From: Camelus dromedarius
Taxonomy: Eukaryota
Direction: 5' to 3'
DNA: 64,000 nucleotides
Assembly: GCF_036321535.1 (NCBI RefSeq)
Contig: NC_087436.1
Span: 17,546,001-17,610,000, forward strand
The position numbers were made by a program, and so were the translations under genes. This document shows, one piece after another, positions 49,939 to 60,830 of the stretch (positions within the stretch are counted from its first letter, which is position 1; each line of letters starts with the position of its first letter). The notes below the pieces were generated by a model. The model was not told the origin of the DNA and did no database searches. It worked only from the letters and a program-made list of their open reading frames with translations.

Positions 49939-50280
49939 TAAAAAATTAATTAATTTATTTTTAATGCCTTTATTGTGGTATGGTTCCTATACAGTAAACT
50001 ACATATATTTCAAATGTACAATTTGATGAATTTTGATAGATGTATGCACCAATGAATCCACTATCACAATCAAGATACCTAACATTTCCATCACTCCCCA
50101 AGAGGTGCAATTTTCAAATTCCCAATTTATCTCTTCCCACCTCCTTTAACCCCTAGTAACCATAAGTTTGTTCTCTATGTCTGTTTTGTAGATAAGCTCA
50201 TTTGTGTCCTTTTTTTTTTTAGATTCCACATATAAGTGATATCATATGGCATGTTTCTTTCTCTTTCTAGCTTACTTCAC
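49939..50280 (-). mobile_element. Composite L1 3' fragment: L1MB-like terminus (49939-50100) joined to camelid-type L1 3'UTR (50110-50280)
   Basis: Two recognisably different L1 3' sequences, flanked by the 12-bp direct repeat ttgctgcttttt (49927-49938, 50281-50292). Confidence 0.75.
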
Positions 50281-50574
50281 TTGCTGCTTTTTATCATGGA
50301 CACTTTTCAGCTCCTAAGACTACCCCATAGATAGCTCCAGTTTGGCTCTTTGGGTTGCCTTACTCTTCCACAAAAAAGTAGCCTCGCCATCACAGCTGGA
50401 GAAAGGGAGCTACGCACGTGGGAACCTCTGGAAATTAGTTGGAAATGCCAGCTGATCATGGACAGCCCTCCCTGCATGTTCACCCTTTTTTTCTCATTCT
50501 TATTTGTCACAGACTCTCTACTTCCCACATTCCCTTCCTTTTCTCTTATTTGCTTAGATTTTCTTACCTCTCTC

Positions 50575-50605
<31 letters not shown>

Positions 50606-51169
50606 GCATACTCTCTTTCTTATGACTAGGTCTTATGAAAGTTACTCAGAACATTTGGGTTTAGGGCCCCAGATCTACAAAATGATTTAAGGATGGTTGA
50701 AGAGAAGCGTCACAAAATCAGTTGAAATCATATCACCTTGGCTCTTAGGAGCAAGACAAAGCACTGAGGCCTCTAGAGTCATCCCCTGAGGGCAGGAACA
50801 TAGTCCCTGTCTTTTCTCAGAGAAGAAACTCCTTCTGGGGTGGTCCTGTCCCCGGGTGTTCAAAAACGGTCCACACATTTCTAAGAACAAGTGCAGCCCA
50901 AACCTCGTCTGCAGTTTCTCGGCCTGAGGTTGACTATGGAGTCTTTGACAACTTTACCAAGAGCACATTGTAAGCATCTCAGTTCAAACCATCACTAACA
51001 TCACCCGGAAAACCACAGGAGCCTCTTAGCTGTGTGTCCATATTCAGTCCGTGCTCCCTCCATGCCTCATTCTCTATAGCATTTAGGGTCTCATTTTCAG
51101 GATGTGAGTTTGATCTCTTCCCCCTCATAAATCTCATCAAGCCTTTGAATAGGTCTCAGTATAGAGATC

Positions 51170-51700
51170 TAAGTCCAGCCCCACTGGGCCTCAGACTCCC
51201 TCATTCTCACCCCTCAGCTCTCTGTGCTCCCTCCCATTGCAGGGTCTCTGAATTTGTGGTGCCTCCTTCAAGGACAATACATCTCCCATCCCCCAGCCTC
51301 CATTCCCCTCCGCCTGCCCCACTCCTTACACCCTGAACTCTTCCTCACCTTCCAGCTCTCAACTCAGGCATTATTTCCTAAAAGGAATTTCAGTTCCTCT
51401 GTTAAATGTTCTCATCATACAATATCCCATTACTTTGGAGTTCTTACCTCAATTTTAGTTATACATTCTTGAGTTTAAATTGCCATGGCCAGGGGAAGGG
51501 TATAGCTCAAGTGGCAGAGTGCATGCTTAGCATGCATGAGGTTCTGGCTTCATTCCCCAGTACTTCCTTGAAGAATAAATAAGTAAGCCTAATTACCTCC
51601 CCACCTCAAAAAAAGAACACCCAGGCATCATCAGCATAGGGCTTAACACATAAGGCTCACTTAATAATTATTTATTGAATGAGTAAATGAATTCATAGAG
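51170..51700 (+). mobile_element. L2 fragments, interrupted by the SINE
   Basis: Pyrimidine-rich L2 body; terminal cagcatagggcttaacacataaggctcacttaataattatttattgaatgagtaaatgaa. Confidence 0.6.
51492..51614 (+). mobile_element. tRNA-derived camelid SINE (Vic-1-like)
   Basis: ggggaagggtatagctcaagtggcagagtgcatgcttagcatgcatgaggttctggcttcattccccagtac. Pol III A box (tagctcaagtgg) at 51503-51514, degenerate B box at ~51546-51556, tail aataaataagtaagcctaattacctcccc followed by an A run. Confidence 0.88.
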
Positions 51701-51889
51701 GGTTATTTATCACAACGTGCCTTCAAATATATTTTGCCACCAGCTGTTATGATCTGTATATTTTAATAGATATAGGACTTTGGTTTCTATAGACTGCAGT
51801 TTAATTTACATCTTGATGATGGTATTTAAATAACAGACACCAATGTTTTCCCTCTGGACCCGTTCATGACATTGTTAAAATGATATCCA

Positions 51890-53595
51890 GAAATTAAAAA
51901 CGTTTGCTCTCTGAAGGTAAGAATGAAAAGTATGAAAAGACAAGCTATGTACTGGGGGAAAATATTTACAAACAACATAGCCAACCAAGGACTAGTATCC
52001 ATAATGTGTAGAGAAGTTCTAAAACTCAACAATGAAAAAACAAAACAATCTGATTAGAAAATGGGCAAAAGATATGAACAGATAATTCACTGAAGAGTGT
52101 GTTTAGATGGAAAATTAGCACAAGAAAAGATGTTCAGTAACACTAGGGAAAGGCAAATTAATGAACTATCATTTTACACCTGTGAGAGTGGCTTAAATAA
52201 AAAATAGTTGACAAAACCGAAGGCTGGCAGGGATATGGAGAAACTGGAGAAAAGGGATCACTCATGCATGGCTGGTAGGGATGTAAGATGGCACAGACCT
52301 TCTGGATCACAACATGACAGTTTCCTTAAAAACTCAAGATGCATCTCCCATACAACCCAGTAACTGAACTACTGGGCTTTTATCCCAGAGACATGTAAAC
52401 TTATGTTAACACAAAAACCTTTGCACAAACGAACATAGCAGCTTTATTTGTTGTTTTTTTAAATTGAAATATAGTTGATTTACAATGTTGTGTTAGTTTC
52501 TGGTATACAGCATAGTGATTCAGTTACACATATATATATTCTTTTTCACATTCTTTTTCATTATAGATTATTACAAGATACTGAATATAGTTCCCTGTGC
52601 TGTACAGTAGGACCTTGTTGTTTATCTATTTTATATATAGTAGTTTGTATCTGCTAATCCCAAACTCCAAATTTATCCCTCCCCTTCTTTTCCCCCTTTG
52701 ATAACCATAAGTTTGTTTTCTGCCTGAGTCTATTTCTGTTTTGTAAATGAGTTCATTTGTCTTTTTTTAGATTCCACATATAAGTGATATCATATGATAT
52801 TTGTCTTTGTCTGACTTATTTCACTTAATATGATAATCTCTAGGTCCATCCATGTTGCTGCAAATGGCATTATTTTATTCTTTTTTATGGCTAAGTAGTA
52901 TTCCATTGTATATATAGACCACAATTTCTTCATCCAGTCATCTGTCAATGGACATTTAGGTTGCTTCCATGTCTTGGCCATTGTAAATAATGTTCAGAGC
53001 AGCTTTATTTATAACAGCCAAAAATAAAATCAGCGCAGATGTTCTTCAATAAATGAACAGTCAAACCACTATATTACATACTTACTAAGGAATACTACTC
53101 AGAAATGGAAAGGAACAAATTCTCAATACACAAAAATTAAGATGAATCTCCAGGGAATTATACTAAGTGGAAAAAAAAAAACTCAGTCCTCAAAAGCCTC
53201 ATATTATATCACCTATTTACATAACATTTTTTAAAACACAGAATTTTAGAAATGGAGGATAGTTTAGTTGTTGCCAGGAGCTACAGATGGGGCATGAGGA
53301 GGAAGAGGGGAGGTGGATATGATTATAAAAGGATAAGAGTCCGTATCTTGACCATGGGTGGATACACATACCTGTACAGGTCACCAATTATATAAAACTT
53401 AATGAACACGTATGAGGATAAACAAAACTGAGGAACTCTAAGATCGGTGGCTTACATCAGTATCAATACCCTGATTGTAATATTGTAGTTTTACAAATGT
53501 TACCATTGGGGGAATCTGGACAAAGGGTACAATGGACCTCTCTGGATTACTTCTTATAACTGCATGTGAATCTACATTTAGCTCAATAAAAATTT
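51890..53595 (+). mobile_element. Old L1MC/L1MD-type 3' portion, host of a nested young L1
   Basis: aaaatgggcaaaagatatgaacaga...cccatacaacccagtaac; 3' end ggacctctctggattacttcttataactgcatgtgaatctaca...aataaaa. Confidence 0.88.
52450..52997 (-). mobile_element. Young cetartiodactyl/camelid L1 3' fragment nested antisense in the old L1
   Basis: Encodes AKTWKQPKCPLTDDWMKKLW...KKNKIMPFAATWMDLE (52790-52981). TSD agcagctttattt at 52437-52449 and 52998-53010. Confidence 0.93.
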
Positions 53596-54833
53596 CCATT
53601 AAGAATGATATTCAGGAATTCTTATCACTTTCCTTGCTTCATCAACAAGTAAAACCCCCTATGGATAAAGCATCAGTTGGCACTGGAGACCCAGTAGAAC
53701 GTGGGCAGAACACCCCCCTAGTGTTATATGTATATTACTTGTGCAAGTGTGAAGGAAGAATCAACTTTCAGAAGCTGGTTCCATGTCTAGTGGTTTGGAC
53801 TTATGGGTAGGCGGGGTTACTGCTGCCCCAGCCCTCTTGATAGCAGGTTTTATAGCCTTGTGACTTCAAACATAGGGAAGAGCAGTTCTAGGAGTTATGG
53901 CGGGGACAGGGCAGGACTTCTGATATCAAAGAAAATAGTAGCAGGAGGGACAAACCAATCAGAGGTGAGAATACTGATGGTGGGAGGGTTCTCAAGGACC
54001 TGTGAAGAAAAGGAAATGGGAGGAAAGGGGAGGGAGGCATGGAGAAAGGATTGATTTATACATAATACTCGATGGCGTGGTAGATATAAACTTCATCAAC
54101 CTCTATCTTCATTTCAAGGCAAATTTCATCTGCTGCAAGTGTGTATATGTCTGTGTACGTGTGTATATCTAGATGTGTGTGTAAATTTATAATTTATGTA
54201 ATAGCAGTCGTATCTGTTTTGGCTTTGCTAACTGTCTCAGCATTTTCATAAAATGTGGTTGCAGCTGTTGACATTACAGTTGAGAATTTCTTCCCCTCCG
54301 TTAAAAGCAGGCTGGTGGGGCTTAATTATACTACAGGGAATTTTAATAAGGTATCACCAAAATTATCGTGAGATCTCATTAGGTTTACCACAAAACTTTA
54401 AAATATCTGTGATAACACTTTTCATGGGCTAGATTCTAGAATGATGCTCAAGGAAATTCTGAGATTTTACCCGATAATAAATCAGCAATCAAACAGCCAC
54501 ATTTAATTACTGGAAGATGACTGATATTTTCTTTCCAGATGCAGTTACATGAAATGAAATTTGATGGTGTGGTCATAAGATGCAAAAAAAAAAAAAAGTG
54601 TATTGCAGATAAGCTGAAAGCAAGACTAAGACCATCCAACAGGACGCAGAGAAAACACACTGATTAGCAACTCGCTCACAAGATCTCACTGAAGTGCTCT
54701 CCGAAAGCTGCACCTTTTTTTTTTTCCACAGAGCATCTGTAGCTCTGTGGGTACAGACTGTCAAAAGGAGGTTAAGGAAGTTGGCAATGGGCATACCACG
54801 ATTATGACTATGATCTCATATCCATAAATATAT

Positions 54834-54857
54834 AACAACAACAACAACAACAACAAC
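54834..54857. repeat. (AAC)n microsatellite
   Basis: Directly visible. Confidence 0.9.
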
Positions 54858-56329
54858 ACTAAAACAGTAAGATGATAGAACCAGGACAGGCATTGATTTC
54901 TCAAGAGCCAGATGGGAAAAATGCCCAGCCCTAGAGAAAAAGGCAATAATGAAAAGAAGGTACTGTTATTATACTGAGAGAAGCTTTTCGAGTCGCACCA
55001 TACGTTCATGGTAGGTCACTTCAGGAAGGGGGCCTGGGATGAAACTTAGAGAGCTGCAGTAGGAAATGGATTTAATAACTGTTGATTGTAACCCTGGTGG
55101 ATGCTTCAAGCGCTCTCTGTGATAAACCTAGCATGTACCTAGTGGTACATCCTGTCCCAAGAAACCAGTACTCCATTACTTAACCTACAGCACCTGTTGC
55201 ATAAAAACCTACCTTTATTTTCGCCACAGAACCTCTGCCAATTTCCCTCAACTCACCTGGATTATAGCACTGATCCTAGAAGAAGAATCTAAGCAACTAG
55301 AGGCCCACGTTTCTTTTCAAAGATTAGCCCCAGTTTACAGATAGAAAGGGGGTCCAGCTAGATTTATCAAGCATCCAATTATCCAGTTAGACTCCTGGCT
55401 TTGTCACGCCTTAGACTCTTTTATGGCCCTGATCACATTTCCCTGGCTTGAAACTGACAATTTTAGGATGATTCTTTCCTTTGTTTTTCCTTCCCTATCT
55501 CTCACACCCATAACTTTGTTTGAGTGTTTGCTTCATTTTTTCTTGTTTGACTCTAACCCGCCGTGGACTTATCCACAAAAGGGCTAAAGTTTAATAAAAT
55601 TTCTATCTGTTTCATTGGAGTGTTATCACTCAGTGACAACTAGCATGGTCTTTGCATTGTATGTGCTGTTTCTTTCTGAGAAATCGTGCACATGCACACC
55701 AATGCACAGACGCAAGCTCACAGACATGGGAATACAGACGTGAGAGCACACACACACACTCACACTCACGCCCAAGGACACACATATTTAGAGTTTCCTC
55801 AAGAAGGAAGAAAAATTCTCAAAGTGTTCTTGCTCTTTGATTTGCCACTAATTTCATAATTCATACTTTGGGTCCTGAGGCTTGCAAGAATAATAAAGTT
55901 CTTCTGTGGAGCCTGGTGGGGATTCCATCATTTTACCCACGACTGAGGAAACTGTGATTTCTTTTTCCAGGCCCCCAAATTGAAGTTCTTGCATGCACCT
56001 GTGATTCTCAGTCTCAGTATCTCAAAGAATTCCAGATTCTTATGCATTCGGGAGCCCCCAGGGCTTTATCCTAAAATAAGCTATTGTTCTTATTTATATA
56101 ATGGCATTAAAACTTCTTGGGTTTTTGTCTTTGATGTTGCTTAAATATTCATAAAATGCAAATGGTCAATATCATCTTCTTTCTTTAGAGCAGGTATTCA
56201 TAGGGCAAGGATTTAGGAAAGAATGGAGAATAAAGGAGACTGGAAAGACCCAAGATAAACAGCAACAACTTTGCCAAGAACCAACCCCATGCTTCGCGCA
56301 AGTTGAGATACATTTCCATTTGGCTTTTC

Positions 56330-56440
56330 ATTTCTCCATCAGTTTGGACTGTGTTTTGTGAAAATGAGATAATATATGTGAAAGTACCTAGCTGAATTCC
56401 TGGGACATGGCAGACACCCAATAAATATAAGTTTTTACTA
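56330..56440 (+). mobile_element. MIR 3' fragment
   Basis: aaatgagataatatatgtgaaagtacctagc...cctgggacatggcagacacccaataaat. Confidence 0.7.
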
Positions 56441-59400
56441 CTATATTAAGCATCTTCTTGTCATAAGCAGAATTTACCTAGTTGGTATAGAAAAGTTACA
56501 ACTTGGTTGAGCCAGTTAAAATAAAACACTTCAAGCTGAGAACACACACTTAATGTTACCATAAAAATTCTAAACCTCACCTTCTTCATCCAAGAATATC
56601 AAAATCATTGAATTCAATTCTGAAAAAAACTAAGAATTCCTATTTCCCATCTCTAACTCTCCCTAAGCTATCATTCCAAAAGAAGCAAGGCAAATTTCCA
56701 AGTCATTCCACTTTTATTTGTTCCACATGATCTTCCAGTTGAGACTAATAATTGTCACACCAATCCCACATATGATAATCTCTTAACAAATGATACATAT
56801 TTACAGGGAATCTTAGCAAAGGAGATTGGCGATTATTATTTCTTAAAAGTAAATTTTCAATTGGAAAAATACATGTCTGTTGTTTGTAAATACCATTCAT
56901 TGGCTATTGACAAGTATGATGACAACCATGTATCTTCAGTGTCACCACTGGCAGAATGGCAATAATTGCCCATCTTTGAGGGGTTCTGTGCACTGACTGT
57001 TTTGGATATTGTAATGCAACAAGTGAATGACAAATAAAATAAAAATGGAACCCAAGACTCTTACTCTCGGCCCATTGCCAATTCATGTGTTCTAACAGTT
57101 TGTTTAGAAGTTAAAGCATGGAGTAGTGCTATAATAAATTAGCTAGCAATATAATTGGGAGGTCTCAAATATTTTATTTATTATAATGCTTGTATATTTC
57201 TTACATTTTTATTTTTTATATTCCTTATGCTACATTAGAAACTTTCATCTTATTAAATCCAATCTCTGTTCTATTTAATTCTGGTGTGTTTTAAGGTCAT
57301 TCTTAAGGGTCTGTCTCTAGGCATCGTTACACATATAAATTCAGTAACTGTTATACAAAATATTAAATACATCTAAAATATATAAAGAACTCTATCAGCA
57401 ACTCATCATTTCTTTATCTTTCAAATGCCTTGAGGGAGTCATTTTTCATTTTCCATTGATTGATTCCACTTTCAGCCAAGTGAATCTTAAGTGACCCATT
57501 ATGTAGAGATTACAGAAGGAATTAACCATCCTAATCACTATGGAAAGAAAAAGAAAAGTGACAAATCCTAAAACCTACAAAGATGCAAACAAAATCTGTA
57601 GGAAGTACTTCATTCGTTTCCTATGTGGCTTTTCTCTGCAGCACTAATTTTATCCACACAATATACTACAGCAGGTTAAACATTCATTTTTTTAATTAAC
57701 TAAATTGAGATCCCAATATCATACATTATTTATTCAAAGAAGTTATTTTTGTGTCTAATAAAAACAATCTCATTTCCCAATCCAGACACACAGCTCTATC
57801 CATTACAGGAGACCACGTAACTTCTGAGTATCCCCTGGAACATTTAGGTCACAGGGTCAATCTCTGCCTTGTTCACAAGTGATTTAAAGTCATTAGCAGC
57901 TAATGATTATTTGTGTTGAACAAGAGTCCAGTCAGGCCACAAGCTGTCATAGCTGGTACCAATTAACAGCCTTGGTAGCAGGAGCAAGTTTGGAAATTGA
58001 ATAATCCTATGAAGGGCTGTCTCATTAGTAGGAAGTTGCCTTCTCTATCACTACCTGTTCTGAGAAGGGAACACAGATGTCTGCAAGACTGACCACCATG
58101 CAGTTTCAATACACCTCCAGTCATTTTTACAAGACAAGGACAAATGTAAAAGAACCTGAGAGAAAGAAGAGAAAGGTTGTTGCTCTTAATATTCAAAAGT
58201 ATGACTCAAGGAAATATTATCCAAGAAGAATTGAAGGCTTGGTTTAATCAAAAGCAGATTAAGCACATCACTGGAAGCACAGCTCCAATATGCAGTTATT
58301 AATAGGTAGCGTCAGCAATAATAATAGCGTACCTTGATGTTTACAATAGGGGCATGCCCTGTAGGTGAACCAGTAAGTAAAGATGGAAAGCCCCTGTATA
58401 AGTTAGATGTGCTAACATTTCCATGAATAATAAATAATTGATTCCTATGACTCTGTAGAGAAAATAATTTACTTGAAGAATTTTATCTCTTATTCCAATT
58501 TATAACTCTTCTTGACATTTTGTTCTGAGATTCAAAATCATGTCAGAGCAAATGAACTATTATAGGAAAAGTTGTATTAATTTTACCCGTTGATAGAAGC
58601 AAAACATATTGCTTTTGATTTTTATGAATAGGTAATTTTGTTTTTCATAAATACATAATGAACTCTGGGTTTTTTTTTTCCCCCATGAATGGAAAGAGGC
58701 TTTTGAATACATAAGGTATAGCAACAAGGATGTCAATCTCTTTTTGTTTATGTCTGTTCACCCAACACATTTGAAATGTTCTAAAGCTGTTTTTCCTTTT
58801 TACGTGTAATGAAGTCTGTAACCAGCACCATGTTGACAAGACCCACAACTGACCCACTCTTCATACTACAACTCTGCAACCTTCACTGAAGCATCAGTAA
58901 AAAGTTTGTGATTAATATCAGATTTGAGGCATTTTTGTAGATGCGTATTGCATTTAGCATTAGCACCAATCATTTCTTGCCCTTGTGATTGCACAAGTCT
59001 AACTGAATAGGAGAGGTAAGAATACAAACTACTACATCATTTTAGATCCTTCCTTGTCCCAGCCTTGTGAAAGTGGAAATGGTACTTGAGCTGTATTCTC
59101 TCAAGGTGAGACGTGCTTGTGAATCTGTGACATAAAGCATCTTGGGAAGGGGGAGGAATGGTACCTTTTAAGAAGTTTTTCTCCATCTGGTCACTCTGCT
59201 CTCATTCCACTCAGTCAAACCCAGGAAAGTTATTTTTTGTAGCAAATTATTTCAGGATGAAATGTGATAGGCTGTCCAGATTGGGTCATTTGGATATATT
59301 GCAAAAGCAGTGTAAGAAAGGAGGTGTAATTATATATTATATTTGAAATATGAAGTATAATTATAGTATATAATTGAAATAAGCTAAGAGAGTAGATCTT

Positions 59401-59664
59401 ATTCTACACACACGCACATGCACACACACACACACTAACACGAAGAAAAGAGATAGTGACCACCTATCTGGTGGTCAAGGTGCACTTATTTTGTTTACAG
59501 TTGAATATTCTTTACTGAGTTTTTGTGATAAATAACTTGGTGAAGGTGGAATTTTTTTGAACTCAATACAACCCATTTTCTCCACGTAAGTTCAGTTAGG
59601 TGAATACAGTTTGTTTTTTTCAGTATATGTATACAGAAGAATTTTTGTTTGTATACTTGTGTAT

Positions 59665-60550
59665 TAATTTTTTATTGTGCTAACATTGGTTTATAACATT
59701 ATATGTTTCATGTGTACAGCATTACATTTCTACTTCTGTATACATTACAATGTCCTCACCAACCCCCAGCCACCCCTTCTCCCTGGTAACGTCTGCTCTC
59801 TTCTCTGGGTCTCTGTTTTTGTTTGACTTGGTTAGTTTATTTTGGTTTTCTGCTTGTTTGTTCCACATATTCCACATATGAGTGAAATCATATGGTATAT
59901 TTTTTTTCTCCATCTGACTTATTCCACTTAGCATAATAACCTGGATTTCCATTCATGTTGCTGCAAATGGGAAAAATTCATCCTTTTTATGGCTGAGTAG
60001 AATTCCACTGTATATATTTACTACACCTTCTTTACCTGTTTATCTGCTGATGGTCACATAGATTGTGTCCATATTAGCTATTGTAAATCATGCTGCAATG
60101 AACATAGGGGTGCATATCTCTTTTCAAATTAGTGTTTTCATAGTCTTTGAATAAATACCCAGAAGTAGGACAGCTGGATCATATGTATGGTAGTTCTAGT
60201 CTTAATTTTTTGAGGAATCTCCATACTGTTTTCCGCAGTGGCTGCACCAATTTACATCCCCACCAGCAGTGTATGAGCATTCCCTTTTATATATATCCTC
60301 ACCAACACTTGTTATTTCTTGCTTTTTTTTTTTTTTTTGATAATATCCATTCTAACAGGTATGAGATGTTATCTCATTGTGGTTTTGATTTGCATTTCCC
60401 TAATATTTAGTAATGTTGAACATCTTTTCACGTGCCTGTTGGTCATCAGTATGTCTATTCAGCTCCTCTACCCATTTTTTAATTGGTCGTTTGATTTTTT
60501 TGTTGTTGTTGAGTTGTATGAGTTCTATATATATTTCAGATATTAACTCA
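59665..60550 (-). mobile_element. L1MA-type 3' portion (ORF2 C-terminus plus 3'UTR)
   Basis: ttccacatatgagtgaaatcatatggtat...ttgaggaatctccatactgttttcc...ctcattgtggttttgatttgcatttccct. Confidence 0.9.
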
Positions 60551-60649
60551 AAAAGGCACCCTTTTAGATAATGACTTCTGAATGGAACTGCCCACAGTCA
60601 GAAAAATAATTTTTAAAAATTTACATTGATAGATCTAGAGATTGAGCCA

Positions 60650-60830
60650 CTCAACAATTTTTTAAAATTATGTTGAACACTTACTAGGTGCCTAGTACTG
60701 GGCTTAATGCTGGAAAGGCACAAAGGGAAAGACAAACGTTCTAAGGAGCTCAGCTTAGAGGAAGAGATGGTCAAATAGACCAGCAACTCCCAGTCAGTGG
60801 GACTCTTGCTGTGATAGAAATCTAACTAAT
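60650..60830 (-). mobile_element. L2 3' fragment
   Basis: ttgaacacttactaggtgcctagtactgggct...tctaaggagctcagcttag. Confidence 0.6.

Noticed and set aside
51492..51565. tRNA-like sequence
   Set aside because: It is a SINE head with a degenerate B box and a SINE tail, not a clean cloverleaf tRNA gene
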